Shown in pieces: positions 20,614 through 30,763 of a stretch of DNA of 64,000 bases. Source of the DNA: Alphaproteobacteria bacterium (GTDB lineage: Bacteria; Pseudomonadota; Alphaproteobacteria; CACIAM-22H2); assembly GCA_016793045.1 (NCBI GenBank), contig JAEUKZ010000028.1, positions 484 to 64,483 of the forward strand, given 5' to 3'. Position numbers and translations under genes: made by a program. The notes below the pieces were generated by a model. The model was not told where the DNA came from, did no database searches, and was given only the letters and a program-made list of their open reading frames with translations. Each line of letters begins with the position of its first letter. Within the stretch, counting starts at the first letter, position 1.

Positions 20614-21312
20614 ATGAATCCCGCCGATATCTTCGTCATCGTCATCGTCGTCCTGTCGGCCCTCGTGGGGCTGATGCGCGGGTTCATCCGCGAGGTCCTG
20701 TCGGTCGTCAGTTGGGTCGCAGCCGGCTTCGTTACCTACAAAACCTTCGAGTGGTCGCGGCTCGTCGCCCGCGACCTTTTGTCCTCCCTGCCGGTCGGCC
20801 CGACCATCTCGGACATCGCCGGCCCGACCGTCGTGTTCATCGTGACCCTGATCGCATGCTCGGTGGTTTCGCACTTCATTGCCTCGATGGTAACCGGAGG
20901 CATTCTCGGTGCCGTCGACCGCTCGCTGGGCTTCGTCTTCGGCGTGGCGCGCGGCCTCCTGCTCGTCGGCCTTGCATACCTGGCATTCAACTGGTTCGTA
21001 CCTGCGCAGCAGCGCCCCCCCTGGATCGACACCGCGCGATCGCTACCTCTTGTCAATGCAATCGCCGAGTATCTTCAGCAGATCGCGCCGGAAGGCTTCC
21101 GCGGGCCGCAGCGCCCGGCGGAGGACGAGACCTCACGGCGGGCGCGGCAAAGCGAAGACGCCGAGCGCGCACTGCGCGCGTTGAACAGCCCTGCGAATAC
21201 CGCCAATCGCGGTGCGCGCGGCAACGAAAATGGCTACAATCCGGGGGATCGCCGGCAGGTTGACCGACTGATCCAGGCCCAGCCGGGCCCACAGGGACAA
21301 ACCTCGCGATGA
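20614..21312 (+). CDS. cvpA: CvpA-family membrane protein
   Basis: CvpA-like TM N-terminus; conserved cvpA-purF pairing. Confidence 0.8.
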   Translation: MNPADIFVIVIVVLSALVGLMRGFIREVLSVVSWVAAGFVTYKTFEWSRLVARDLLSSLPVGPTISDIAGPTVVFIVTLIACSVVSHFIASMVTGGILGAVDRSLGFVFGVARGLLLVGLAYLAFNWFVPAQQRPPWIDTARSLPLVNAIAEYLQQIAPEGFRGPQRPAEDETSRRARQSEDAERALRALNSPANTANRGARGNENGYNPGDRRQVDRLIQAQPGPQGQTSR

Positions 21313-22757
21313 TCCAGACGAACCCGTTCGACGACGACAAGCTGCGCGAGGAGTGCGGCATCTTCGGCATCATTGGAACCAAGGATGCCGGAGCACATGC
21401 TGCGCTCGGCCTGCACGCGCTTCAGCATCGCGGACAGGAAGCCGCTGGGATCGTCGCCTTCGACGGCCAGCAGTTCCACAGCCATCGCGCGATGGGTCAG
21501 GTCGGCGACAATTTCGGCGCCGAGTCGGTCATCGCCCGCCTGCGCGGCCACGCGGCGATCGGCCACGTCCGCTACTCCACGACCGGCGAGACCATCCTGC
21601 GCAACGTGCAGCCGCTTTTCGCCGAGTTCGCCTTCGGCGGCTTCGCGGTCGGCCACAACGGCAATCTCACCAATGCGCACGGCATCCGTACCGAGCTCAT
21701 CCGGCGCGGCGCGATCTTCCAGTCGACCACCGATACCGAGGTCATCGTCCACCTGATGGCGAAGGCCGAGGGTGACGTCGTCGAGCGCCTGATTGCGGCG
21801 CTCCGCCACGTCGAGGGCGCCTATTCGCTGGTCTGTATCGCGCGCGACAAGGTGATCGGCGTGCGCGACCCGCTGGGCGTCCGCCCGCTGGTCCTCGGCG
21901 AACTCGAAGGCGCCGACATCCTGGCATCCGAGTCCTGCGCGCTCGATATCATCGGCGCGCGCTACGTCCGCGATATCGAACCTGGCGAGATGGTGGTGCT
22001 GGACGGCAAGCGAATAACGAGCCTGCGTCCGTTCCCGAAGCTCAAGCAGCGATTCTGCGTGTTCGAGTACATCTACTTCGCGCGGCCCGATTCGATCATG
22101 GAAGGCCAGTCGGTTTACGACGCGCGCAAGCGCATCGGCGCCGAACTCGCCCGCGAGAGTCACGTCCCCGCCGACGTGATCATTCCCGTCCCCGATTCCG
22201 GCGTGCCGGCGGCGCTGGGCTATTCGCAGGAAGCCAAGGTGCCGTTCGAACTCGGCATCATCCGCAATCACTATGTCGGGCGTACCTTCATCGAGCCGAC
22301 CGATCACATTCGCCACCTCGGCGTGAAACTGAAGCACAACGCAAACCGGGTGCACATCGAAGGGCGCCGGATCATCCTGGTCGACGATTCGATCGTCCGC
22401 GGCACCACGTCGAAGAAGATCGTCGAGATGATGCGACAGGCCGGCGCGAAGGAGGTGCACATGCGCATCTCGAGCCCGCCGACGATGCACTCGTGCTTCT
22501 ACGGCATCGATACGCCGCAGCCCGACAAGCTGCTCGCGCATAGATTCAACGTCGCCGGAATGGCGCAATTCATCGGCGTCGACAGCCTTGCGTTCATCTC
22601 GATGGACGGGCTCTATCGCGCGATGGGACATCCCGGCCGCGATGCCGCGGCGCCGAAGTTCTGCGACGCGTGCTTCTCGGGAGAGTACCCGACGCGGCTT
22701 ACCGATCTCGAGGATGGCGCGGCGCCGACGCAACTGCCGCTGCTCGAGATCGCCTGA
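21309..22757 (+). CDS. purF: Amidophosphoribosyltransferase
   Basis: N-terminal CGIFG Ntn nucleophile, PRTase motif. Confidence 0.9.
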   Translation: MIQTNPFDDDKLREECGIFGIIGTKDAGAHAALGLHALQHRGQEAAGIVAFDGQQFHSHRAMGQVGDNFGAESVIARLRGHAAIGHVRYSTTGETILRNVQPLFAEFAFGGFAVGHNGNLTNAHGIRTELIRRGAIFQSTTDTEVIVHLMAKAEGDVVERLIAALRHVEGAYSLVCIARDKVIGVRDPLGVRPLVLGELEGADILASESCALDIIGARYVRDIEPGEMVVLDGKRITSLRPFPKLKQRFCVFEYIYFARPDSIMEGQSVYDARKRIGAELARESHVPADVIIPVPDSGVPAALGYSQEAKVPFELGIIRNHYVGRTFIEPTDHIRHLGVKLKHNANRVHIEGRRIILVDDSIVRGTTSKKIVEMMRQAGAKEVHMRISSPPTMHSCFYGIDTPQPDKLLAHRFNVAGMAQFIGVDSLAFISMDGLYRAMGHPGRDAAAPKFCDACFSGEYPTRLTDLEDGAAPTQLPLLEIA

Positions 22758-22762
22758 CGACC

Positions 22763-23248
22763 GTGAAGCTGGGCCCGGTCGCGTTTGTCGGCAACGTCGT
22801 ATCCGGGGCGTTTGCCGCCGGCGGCGCGGCGATCGGCAGCCAGTTCCCGGAGTTCGTGCAGCAGTACCTCCAGCGGCTCGGCGGTCACCGCGACGAGGCC
22901 TGGCGATTCCTCGAAAACCTGATCCGCGCCGGCATGGCGCACGACAATCCGGTGCGCGCCGCCGCAGAGCAGCGCTTTCTCGAACTCGACAAGAGCCTCG
23001 CCGACATCACGATCAATCAGGGCTTCGCGCGCCTCGTCGCGTTCGTGGAAACGGTCGACTGGGACATCGCGCGCGCCGCAAGCCATGTCTTCCGGCCGGC
23101 CGTTCCACTCACCCCGGAAGGGTTCGCATTCGCCGGGATCGGCCTGCTTTCGGGCGTGCTGGCGTTTCATCTCTGTGCCGGGACGTGCAAGAGCGCCTGG
23201 AGCCTCGGCAAGCTCGCATTCAAGCGAAAGGCAGCAATATACAAATGA
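22763..23248 (+). CDS. Hypothetical protein (about 161 aa; C-terminal hydrophobic segment), wedged between purF and an SDR gene
   Basis: ORF 22670-23248 trimmed to first in-frame GTG after purF stop; 3' end overlaps next gene start (ATGA); family not recognised with confidence. Confidence 0.45.
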   Translation: MKLGPVAFVGNVVSGAFAAGGAAIGSQFPEFVQQYLQRLGGHRDEAWRFLENLIRAGMAHDNPVRAAAEQRFLELDKSLADITINQGFARLVAFVETVDWDIARAASHVFRPAVPLTPEGFAFAGIGLLSGVLAFHLCAGTCKSAWSLGKLAFKRKAAIYK

Positions 23249-23973
23249 CCGGAACACGTCTTGCCGGCCGCGTCGCCGTCGTAACCGGCGCCTCGCGCGG
23301 CATCGGACGCGCAGTCGCCCGCGCGATCGCCGCACAGGGCGCGCATGTCGTGCTGCTCGCACGCACCATCGGCGGCCTCGAGGAAGTGGACGACGAGATC
23401 AAGGCGGCCGGCGGCAGCGCCACGCTGGTGCCGATCGACCTCGGCGAGGTTGACCGCATCGATCCGCTCGGCCCGCAGCTGTTCGAGCGATTCGGGCGCG
23501 CCGACATTCTGGTCGGCAACGCGGCGTTGCTGGGCACACTTGGACCGCTTTCGCACCACGATCCTGCGCTGTGGGAACGCGTCCTGCGGGTCAACGTCAC
23601 CGCCAACTGGCGGCTGATCCGTACGCTCGAGCCGCTGCTGCGCCGGTCCGACGCGGGCCGGGCCGTCTTCGTGACGTCGGGCGCCGCGACCAACATCAAC
23701 GCGTATTGGGGCGCCTATTCGACCAGCAAAGCCGCGCTCGACGCGATGGTGCGATCATGGGCGGCGGAACTCGTCGAGACGTCCGTGCGGGTCAACTTGC
23801 TGAGCCCCGGCCCGATCCGCTCGTCGATGCGGGCCGACGCGTTTCCGGGCGAGGATCCCGCGACCCTGCGTGCGCCCGAGGCAATCGTGGGGCACTTCCT
23901 TGATCTCGTCGCGCCGGACTGCACGCGCCACGGCGAACTGATCCAGGCCTATACCCCGCAGCCGAAGGCTTAG
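23245..23973 (+). CDS. SDR-family oxidoreductase
   Basis: TGASRGIGRAVA and YSTSKAA motifs; internal ATG chosen. Confidence 0.75.
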   Translation: MTGTRLAGRVAVVTGASRGIGRAVARAIAAQGAHVVLLARTIGGLEEVDDEIKAAGGSATLVPIDLGEVDRIDPLGPQLFERFGRADILVGNAALLGTLGPLSHHDPALWERVLRVNVTANWRLIRTLEPLLRRSDAGRAVFVTSGAATNINAYWGAYSTSKAALDAMVRSWAAELVETSVRVNLLSPGPIRSSMRADAFPGEDPATLRAPEAIVGHFLDLVAPDCTRHGELIQAYTPQPKA

Positions 23974-23982
23974 CGGCAGGTC

Positions 23983-24600
23983 CTAGCTGCGGCCGCGCAG
24001 CCCGGACAGGTCGAAGGTGAGTTCGCTCACCGGCGCACCGCCATTGAGGAAAATCAGCCGCGCCGACCGCCCTGCTTCCACCGCCGAACGCGCGCGGTCG
24101 GCCTCAGGGCTGTCGCCGCCGTCGATGTAGCAGCGCAGGTGCGAGCCGCCGCGGCCGGACAGGCACGGCAGATTGACGACCGGCGCGCCATCCACTTCAA
24201 CCACGACGTTCGTGGCCGAGGTGCTACGCCACCAGACCGGAACCTCGAACGTCGTCGGACCGCCGACGAAAATCGAAGCCTGCGGCTGATCGGCGGCATC
24301 GCGGCTCACCGGCACGAGACGCCCGAGCACCGAAGTCCGCCCACGCCCGCCCATGCTCTGCCAGACCGTCCGCGCCGCCACGACATTGCCCCGCTCGGTG
24401 CGGAACTGGTTCGCGCCGACGGCCCCCGGCGCAGGCGGCAACGACGCCGCCGGCGTCGCCGGCACGGCGCGCGCGGCCACGGCGGGCGCCTGCGCGACCG
24501 CGCCTGGAGCCGCCGGCGCTGAGGCGGCGGGCGGTCGCGGCTGGCATGCCGATACGAGCGTAGCGAGCGAAAGCAAAGCGAACGCACTTCGTGACGTCAC
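23983..24600 (-). CDS. Hypothetical lipoprotein with Ala/Pro-rich linker and Cys-containing C-terminal domain
   Basis: GTG start preceded by GGAGG (7-nt spacer); signal peptide plus lipobox LVSAC; rest of the 397-aa track ORF judged spurious. Confidence 0.5.
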   Translation of the reverse strand: MTSRSAFALLSLATLVSACQPRPPAASAPAAPGAVAQAPAVAARAVPATPAASLPPAPGAVGANQFRTERGNVVAARTVWQSMGGRGRTSVLGRLVPVSRDAADQPQASIFVGGPTTFEVPVWWRSTSATNVVVEVDGAPVVNLPCLSGRGGSHLRCYIDGGDSPEADRARSAVEAGRSARLIFLNGGAPVSELTFDLSGLRGRS

Positions 24601-24680
24601 GGCGAATCCTCCTGCCGAAAGGCCTGCCCGGTGTAGCCGATCCAACTCGCCGCTGACAATCGCGCCGCCGGCCGGCGCTC

Positions 24681-25271
24681 CTAGTGGCGGGCGCTCCCGG
24701 CCGGCAGCGCGGGTCGAGACTCGCCTACGACGCTGGTCCAGATCACGCCCGCGACGCCGGAGATGTCGGCCAGCGCCTCTTGCATCAGCGAGGCATTGGT
24801 CGCGAAGGGAACGGCGATGCGGACTTCGACTTCGCCGTCGACGAAGTGCAGGTCGCCCGCGAACTTGCGCGCGATCGCCTGCATCGGCCGATTGTCGGTA
24901 AGGCACAGCATGAAGATCGATGCCGCCCCGCGGTTGCGCGCAATCGTCACGACGCGGCTCATGAGCTCGGTGCCGATGCCCTTCGCTTGCCACTCGGGCT
25001 CGACCGTGACGGCGACCTCGACGGCGCGCAGTTGTGCCGGCCCGAGCCAGCGGCATTCGGCCGCCGCACGCAGTGTGCCGTCCTCGAAGTATCCGACGAC
25101 CACCGTTCCCAGCCAGGGAATGCGCCGGCAGTAAGAATCGATCACCGCGTCGCTGACATGGCCCGCGAATCGACAATGCCGGTCAAGCGGCGACAGCCGC
25201 AGAAGGTGATCGCGAAGCCGCAGCGCTTCCGCGGCAACCAGCTTTCGAAAAATACGCATCGTCGCCTCCAT
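24681..25271 (-). CDS. GNAT-family N-acetyltransferase
   Basis: Acetyl-CoA binding motif region (QAKGIGTELM); start uncertain (25271 or 25259). Confidence 0.65.
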   Translation of the reverse strand: MEATMRIFRKLVAAEALRLRDHLLRLSPLDRHCRFAGHVSDAVIDSYCRRIPWLGTVVVGYFEDGTLRAAAECRWLGPAQLRAVEVAVTVEPEWQAKGIGTELMSRVVTIARNRGAASIFMLCLTDNRPMQAIARKFAGDLHFVDGEVEVRIAVPFATNASLMQEALADISGVAGVIWTSVVGESRPALPAGSARH

Positions 25272-25433
25272 TGCACGACAACGCGTTTCGCTCCCTTGCG
25301 GCTCCGTCGAGCGGACGGAATCGGTGTTCGACGATCCGACCATACATGACCGGCGCGGACCGTGCCATTGCGCCAGCGCCGACGCCGCACGGTCGAAGAT
25401 CGGGCCGCGCAGAACAACGGCTGCGCCCGCGCG

Positions 25434-26789
25434 CTATTCCTCGTCGACGAACGGGTTCTTGCTCGCCTTGAGAACGAACCGGATCGGCGTTCCAGGCAGC
25501 TCGAAGGTCTCGCGCAAGCTGTTGGTGAGGTAGCGCATGTAGTCGTCGGGCAGCGTCGTCAGCTTGTTGCCGAAGATTGCGATCGTCGGCGGGCGCTGCG
25601 CGACCTGCCGTGCGAAGCGCAGGCGCGGGCGACGACCCGATACCAGCGGAGGCGGGTGCGCCTCAGTGGCACCAGCAAGCCAGCGATTGAGCTTGGGTGT
25701 CGGCAGATCGGTGTTCCAGACGTCATGCGCTTCGGCGACCGCCTCCATCAAGCGGTCGAGCCGCGTTCCGGCGAGGGCCGACACGGTGACGACGGCCATG
25801 CCCTTGGTCTGCGGCAGCGAAATCTCGAGCCGGTCGCGCAGCCGCTTGAGGGTCGCGGGACCATCCTCGATGAGATCCCACTTGTTGGCGGCGAGGACGA
25901 TGGCACGCCCCTCTTCGATGATCAGGCGCGCGATCTGAAGATCCTGCTTCTCGAGCAGCATCGTCGCGTCGATCATCAGCACCACGACGTGAACCTGCCG
26001 GATCGTGCCGATCGTGTCGCCGACCGCCAGCTTCTCGACGCGATCCTCGATCCGCGCCTTGCGGCGGAGGCCGGCCGTGTCGACGAGGACGAACGAGCGG
26101 CCCCGCCACTGCCAGGGCAGCGCGATCGAATCGCGTGTGATGCCCGGCTCCGGTCCGGTCAGCACGCGGTCTTCGCCGAGCAGGCGATTGATCGTCGTCG
26201 ACTTGCCGACGTTCGGACGGCCGACCACCGCGAGCCGGATCGGCCGCGTCGCGGGATCGACCGCCTCCGCGCCCCCTTCGACCGTGTTCGCGCGCTCGCC
26301 GGCGGCCTCGCGGATGGCGCTGTACAGGTCAACGAGCCCCAACGCGTGCTCGGCCGAGATCGCGATCGGTTCACCGAAGCCGAGCCCGTAGGCCTCCGCG
26401 ATGCCTGCGCGCGCGGCATTGCTCTCGCACTTGTTGGCGATGGCGACGATCGGTTTGCCGAGCCGCCGCAGCCAGCCGGCGAAGTGGCGGTCCGCCGAGG
26501 TCAGGCCGTCGCGCGCATCGATGACGAAGAGAACGAGGTCCGCGTCGCGGACCGCTGCCTCCGTCTGGGCGCGCATCCGCGCCTCGAGTGATTGCGCCGA
26601 CGCTTCCTCCAGCCCCGCAGTATCGATAACGGTGAAGCTCAGGTCGTAAAGGGTTGCATCGCCAACGCGACGATCGCGGGTCAGGCCCGGACGCTCGTCG
26701 ACCAGGGCCGCGCGGCGGCCGACCAGCCGGTTAAAGAGAGTCGACTTGCCGACATTCGGGCGCCCGACGATTGCGACGGTGAATGCCAT
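25434..26789 (-). CDS. der: Ribosome-associated GTPase Der/EngA
   Basis: Two tandem GTPase domains (GRPNVGKS twice) and KH-like C-domain. Confidence 0.9.
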   Translation of the reverse strand: MAFTVAIVGRPNVGKSTLFNRLVGRRAALVDERPGLTRDRRVGDATLYDLSFTVIDTAGLEEASAQSLEARMRAQTEAAVRDADLVLFVIDARDGLTSADRHFAGWLRRLGKPIVAIANKCESNAARAGIAEAYGLGFGEPIAISAEHALGLVDLYSAIREAAGERANTVEGGAEAVDPATRPIRLAVVGRPNVGKSTTINRLLGEDRVLTGPEPGITRDSIALPWQWRGRSFVLVDTAGLRRKARIEDRVEKLAVGDTIGTIRQVHVVVLMIDATMLLEKQDLQIARLIIEEGRAIVLAANKWDLIEDGPATLKRLRDRLEISLPQTKGMAVVTVSALAGTRLDRLMEAVAEAHDVWNTDLPTPKLNRWLAGATEAHPPPLVSGRRPRLRFARQVAQRPPTIAIFGNKLTTLPDDYMRYLTNSLRETFELPGTPIRFVLKASKNPFVDEE

Positions 26790-26799
26790 CAGCGCGCGC

Positions 26800-28149
26800 T
26801 CAGCGCAGCGCGACGAGATCGGCGCTCTCGGTCAGCACGAAGATCGTGCCTCCGGCCACGACCGGCGATACGCGCACCGGTCCGGGCAGAGCCACCCGCG
26901 CCGCGATCGAGCCGTTGGCCGGATCGATTGCAAGCAACTCTTCGTTCGTCCCGGCAACCATCAGACGTCCGCCTGCTAGAACCGGCCCGGTCCAGTCGAT
27001 GCGGTTGCGTCTTCGCTCCTCGTCGAGGAATTGCGGCAATTGCTGTGCCCAGCGGATGCGCCCGTCGCGACGCGTCATCGCGACCAACTGCGCATCGCCG
27101 GTCGTGACGAACACGAAATCGCCCGCGACCCAGGGATGCACGCGCGAGCCGACCTCGCGCTCCCAGATCCGCCCGCCCGTCCGCAGCTCGAGGGCCGCCA
27201 TGCGACCGCCATTGCTCACCACCATGACCTGGCCGCGGTCGATGATCGGGAGGCCGCGGATGTCGGCGAGCGCGCTGATCGCATCCGTGCGCAGCAGGCC
27301 GGTCAGCGCGTCGGACCACAGGACGCGGCCGGTGTCGCCGCGCAGCGCGAAGATCTCGCCCGACGAGAACGCCGCGATCAATACGTTCCCTTCGGCCGCG
27401 GGACTGGCGTTGCCGTAGAAGCCGGCGTTCTCCGCCGTCGCGCTGTAGCTCCACAGTCGGCGCCCGGTTGCAGCATCGAGCGCATTGACCTGATTGTCGA
27501 CGGACAGGACGTAGACCCGTCCCTCGGATACCGTCGCGCCCGCGCGGGCCGGCGCGGTCAGACCTGCACGCCACATCTCCTGGCCCGTGGCAGGATCGAG
27601 CGCGAGGACCTGAGCGAAGCCGCTTGTCACGTAAATCCGGCCGCCATCGAACGCGACGCCGCCGCCCGCGCCCTCGCTGCGCGCGTCGCGCGGCTCGGTC
27701 CCGAAGCGCCATAGACGCCGCCCGTTCTGCGCGTCATAGGCGGAGACCGCCGCCTCCGCATCGACAACGAAGACGCGGCCGTCGACGACGATCGGCGACG
27801 AACTGATGAAGCCATTGCGGCTTGAGCTGGTGCCGACACCGGTGCGCCATGCGACCGTGAGGCCCGACGCGGCCAGGTGATGGAGATTGTGCGCGGCATT
27901 GCCTCCGGCCTGCGGCCAGGACGAATTGGCAACCGCTTCCGGGATGACGACCGAAAGCCCTGCGAGACGGCTGTCGACCTCCGCCGTGTGCTCCTCCGGC
28001 AAGACGGGCAGGCGCTGGCCCTGAAGCGGACGCTTGTTGCCGCTCGATCCGCCGAAGATGTCGAGCGACTCGAAAAACTCGCAGCCCGAAAGCGACAGCG
28101 CCGCCACGGCAAGGCAGACGCAGAGCAGGCCGCGGCGGCTGCGCATCAT
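26800..28149 (-). CDS. bamB: Outer-membrane protein assembly factor BamB (PQQ-repeat beta-propeller lipoprotein)
   Basis: Lipobox LSLSGC, repeated PQQ-like blades; yfgM-bamB-der synteny. Confidence 0.8.
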   Translation of the reverse strand: MMRSRRGLLCVCLAVAALSLSGCEFFESLDIFGGSSGNKRPLQGQRLPVLPEEHTAEVDSRLAGLSVVIPEAVANSSWPQAGGNAAHNLHHLAASGLTVAWRTGVGTSSSRNGFISSSPIVVDGRVFVVDAEAAVSAYDAQNGRRLWRFGTEPRDARSEGAGGGVAFDGGRIYVTSGFAQVLALDPATGQEMWRAGLTAPARAGATVSEGRVYVLSVDNQVNALDAATGRRLWSYSATAENAGFYGNASPAAEGNVLIAAFSSGEIFALRGDTGRVLWSDALTGLLRTDAISALADIRGLPIIDRGQVMVVSNGGRMAALELRTGGRIWEREVGSRVHPWVAGDFVFVTTGDAQLVAMTRRDGRIRWAQQLPQFLDEERRRNRIDWTGPVLAGGRLMVAGTNEELLAIDPANGSIAARVALPGPVRVSPVVAGGTIFVLTESADLVALR

Positions 28150-28832
28150 CCGCCGAGCGCCTGCAGCATTTCGGCCGCGCGGGCGCGGATGCCCTGGGGC
28201 GCGGCCTGGTCATCGGCAATGCGGGTGTACAGTTCGCGTGCGCGCGCGGCGTCGCCGGCGCGCGCCGCAGCGACGGCGCCGATCTCGAGCGCAATGTGCC
28301 GCCAGCGGCTTGCCGCGCCGGTCAACGGCTCGATGGCACGGTCAATCGCGGCGCGATCGCTGGTCTCAACGTTGCCAAGCGTCATCAGGACGCTTGCGAC
28401 CGTGCGGAGTTCCGAGACGACGCGGTCGTCTGCGGCGATCGACTGATAGATCGCCTGCGCCGCCGGACGATCGCCGGAGTTGGCCTTGAGCGCGGCCTCG
28501 TGGAGGCGCGCGAGAACGGCAAAGCCCGGACGCCCATCGCGCGCGATCGAGCTGAAGCTGGCCTGCGCCGCGTCGCGATCACCGGCGCCCGCCCGCCCCA
28601 TCGCCTCGAAGAAGCGGATGGATTCGGCCGCCGCCTGGCGGCGGTCATACTCACGCCAGCCGATGAACCCGCCGGCGGCGACAAGCACCGCGGCGACACC
28701 GGCGGCGATCGTGGTGCCATACGCCTTCCAGAAGTTCAGCGCGCGCTCGCGCCGAAGGTCTTCCTCGATCTCCTGAATCAGCTCCTGCGACAAGGGGCCG
28801 CGTCCTTCACGTCGTTCGCATGCGGGGGGCAA
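28146..28832 (-). CDS. YfgM-like membrane-anchored tetratricopeptide protein
   Basis: Single N-terminal TM helix plus TPR-like C-terminal; position upstream of bamB; true start may be an internal TTG. Confidence 0.6.
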   Translation of the reverse strand: MPPACERREGRGPLSQELIQEIEEDLRRERALNFWKAYGTTIAAGVAAVLVAAGGFIGWREYDRRQAAAESIRFFEAMGRAGAGDRDAAQASFSSIARDGRPGFAVLARLHEAALKANSGDRPAAQAIYQSIAADDRVVSELRTVASVLMTLGNVETSDRAAIDRAIEPLTGAASRWRHIALEIGAVAAARAGDAARARELYTRIADDQAAPQGIRARAAEMLQALGG

Positions 28833-29043
28833 AAAAGCGCGCTACCTTAGCGACTGTGCCGTGCCAGTGCAAACGAAAGCACGGCCTTACAACCCCTTGA
28901 TTTGTCGGCCGGAGCAGCGCGTTCAGCCGCGTCAGCCGCCGCCGCGAGGGCCATCGGCGGGCGTCGTCTTGCGATGGACTTGGGGTCACAAATCGGTCAA
29001 ACTTTGATGATGCGATGAACGATGGGAGGACCGCTCCGCCGTC

Positions 29044-29379
29044 ATGGCCGATGTGGTATCGCTCGCCGATCGACGGTCCGGTTCGAAGCCGGTCTGCTTC
29101 GACCGCATAGAACTTCGCAAGCTTCTGGATGTCTATTCGCGACGCGTCGCCACGGGTGAATGGCGCGACTACGCGATCGAACATCGCCCTGACATGGCAG
29201 CCTTCGCCATCTTCCGCCGGGCCTATGACCAGCCGCTTTTCGTCGTCGCCAAGTACCCGCCGGGCAGCGACCGGAAAGGCACCTACAGTGTCACCGCCGG
29301 CACGCGCAAATTGTCGCATGGCTGGTCCATCGACGACGTTCTGCAGGTGTTCAACCGCAGCCTTCGCCTCGCAACCTGA
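29044..29379 (+). CDS. DUF2794-like small cytoplasmic protein (111 aa)
   Basis: Conserved-looking core (FDRIELRKLLDVYSRRVATGEWRDYAI); family name from memory. Confidence 0.5.
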   Translation: MADVVSLADRRSGSKPVCFDRIELRKLLDVYSRRVATGEWRDYAIEHRPDMAAFAIFRRAYDQPLFVVAKYPPGSDRKGTYSVTAGTRKLSHGWSIDDVLQVFNRSLRLAT

Positions 29380-29406
29380 CGGTGTCGAGGGCGGCCGCGC
29401 GCAGGC

Positions 29407-30615
29407 TCACGGCGCGGACGGTTCGATGCGGTGGATGTCGTGCGTTACGACGCCCTGCTCCGCGCTCGGACGCTGAAGCCACTCGGGGCGTGCCAGCGTA
29501 CGCGCGATGTCGGCACCGCCCGCCGCCCAGTGGTCGCGCATCGTTGCAAGCCCGAACTCGTAGTCCTTTGCTTCGCCGAGCGCCACCTTCGCCCGATAGA
29601 TCAGGTGGATGACGTTGTAGACCTTGCTGCAGGCGAGGTCGGCCAGTTCGATGACCTCGGGATCCGCGCGCGCCTCCGCCGGAAGCTGCTCGCAAAGCTT
29701 CAGGATCGCGCGCCGCAGCTTCTGCGCGTAAAGCGCCGCGTCGGTCACCATGCGGGTCCGGCTCGAGTACTGGATGTCCTTCTGCCGCTCCATCGCATCG
29801 AAGATGTGCTGAGGCTGCGGGCCGCTCGCGCTCCACAGATCGACCTGAAACGCCAGCGTATCGCGACGCGGACCGGCCTCGAGCACGTGCATCAGCGGGG
29901 TGTTTGAAACGAGCCCCCCATCCCAATAGCAGTCATCGCCGATCTGGACCGGGGGAAAGCCCGGCGGCAGCGCGCCGGACGCCATGATGTGCTCCGGCCC
30001 GATTCGGATCCGGGCGGAATCGAAGTAGGTGAAGTTGCCGGTGGTCACCGACACGGCCCCGACGCTGACGCGCAGGTCCGCGCTGTTCAGCAGGTCGAAA
30101 TCCACGAGCCGCTCGAGGGTCGCGCGCAGCGGCGACGTGTCGTAGTAGCTCGTCGAGCCGGCGCTGCCCGGCGGCTGCGCCCATGGCGGCGGGACACGCG
30201 GCAGGAAGAACCCGGACTGTCCCTGGACGATCGTACGAACGGCCGACAAGGCATTGGCATACGTGCGAAAATCGTCGGTCAACGGCAGCAGCCGGGTGAG
30301 CGACTGCAGATCGATGATCGGCGGGATGAAGCTCGGCTCGCACACCGTTTCCCAGAACTCCCGCAATCGGCCGATGCGCCTCTCCGGCGGATTGCCCGCG
30401 ATCAGCGCGACGTTGATCGCGCCGATCGAGATCCCGGCATACCAGTTCGGCCGAATCCCCGCGGCGTGGAGGCCTTCATAGACGCCCGCCTGATATGAGC
30501 CGAGCGCGCCGCCGCCCTGGAGCACCAGCGCCACGGTCTCATAGTCGGGGAGAACCAGCGCGTCGGTCCGCTTCGTGGCGCCCGCCACGATGTCGGTCCC
30601 GGCGACAATCTTCAT
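29407..30615 (-). CDS. Patatin-like phospholipase family protein
   Basis: Oxyanion GGGALG and nucleophile elbow GISIG, catalytic DGG; about 400 aa with C-terminal extension. Confidence 0.8.
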   Translation of the reverse strand: MKIVAGTDIVAGATKRTDALVLPDYETVALVLQGGGALGSYQAGVYEGLHAAGIRPNWYAGISIGAINVALIAGNPPERRIGRLREFWETVCEPSFIPPIIDLQSLTRLLPLTDDFRTYANALSAVRTIVQGQSGFFLPRVPPPWAQPPGSAGSTSYYDTSPLRATLERLVDFDLLNSADLRVSVGAVSVTTGNFTYFDSARIRIGPEHIMASGALPPGFPPVQIGDDCYWDGGLVSNTPLMHVLEAGPRRDTLAFQVDLWSASGPQPQHIFDAMERQKDIQYSSRTRMVTDAALYAQKLRRAILKLCEQLPAEARADPEVIELADLACSKVYNVIHLIYRAKVALGEAKDYEFGLATMRDHWAAGGADIARTLARPEWLQRPSAEQGVVTHDIHRIEPSAP

Positions 30616-30763
30616 GATGCGGCCTCCTTGCTGCGCGGCCCACGGCTCGTCGACCACTTTGCGCGACGGTCAGCCGCACTGGCAATGCCATCGCCGGAAC
30701 CCCGACCCTTGCAATCCCGCCCGCGAAATCGTATGGGCAAGCCCGTTTGGCCCGCGAGGGGAA

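Noticed and set aside
28807-29319. ORF 28807-29319 (minus, 170 aa)
   Set aside because: It overlaps the better-supported DUF2794-like gene and the yfgM-like start on the opposite strand; no start or RBS support.
29407-30615. CBASS or other patatin-effector defence system
   Set aside because: No CD-NTase or cyclase, E1/E2/JAB or other signalling partners nearby; the class III cyclase at 37668 is a different family and 7 kb away.
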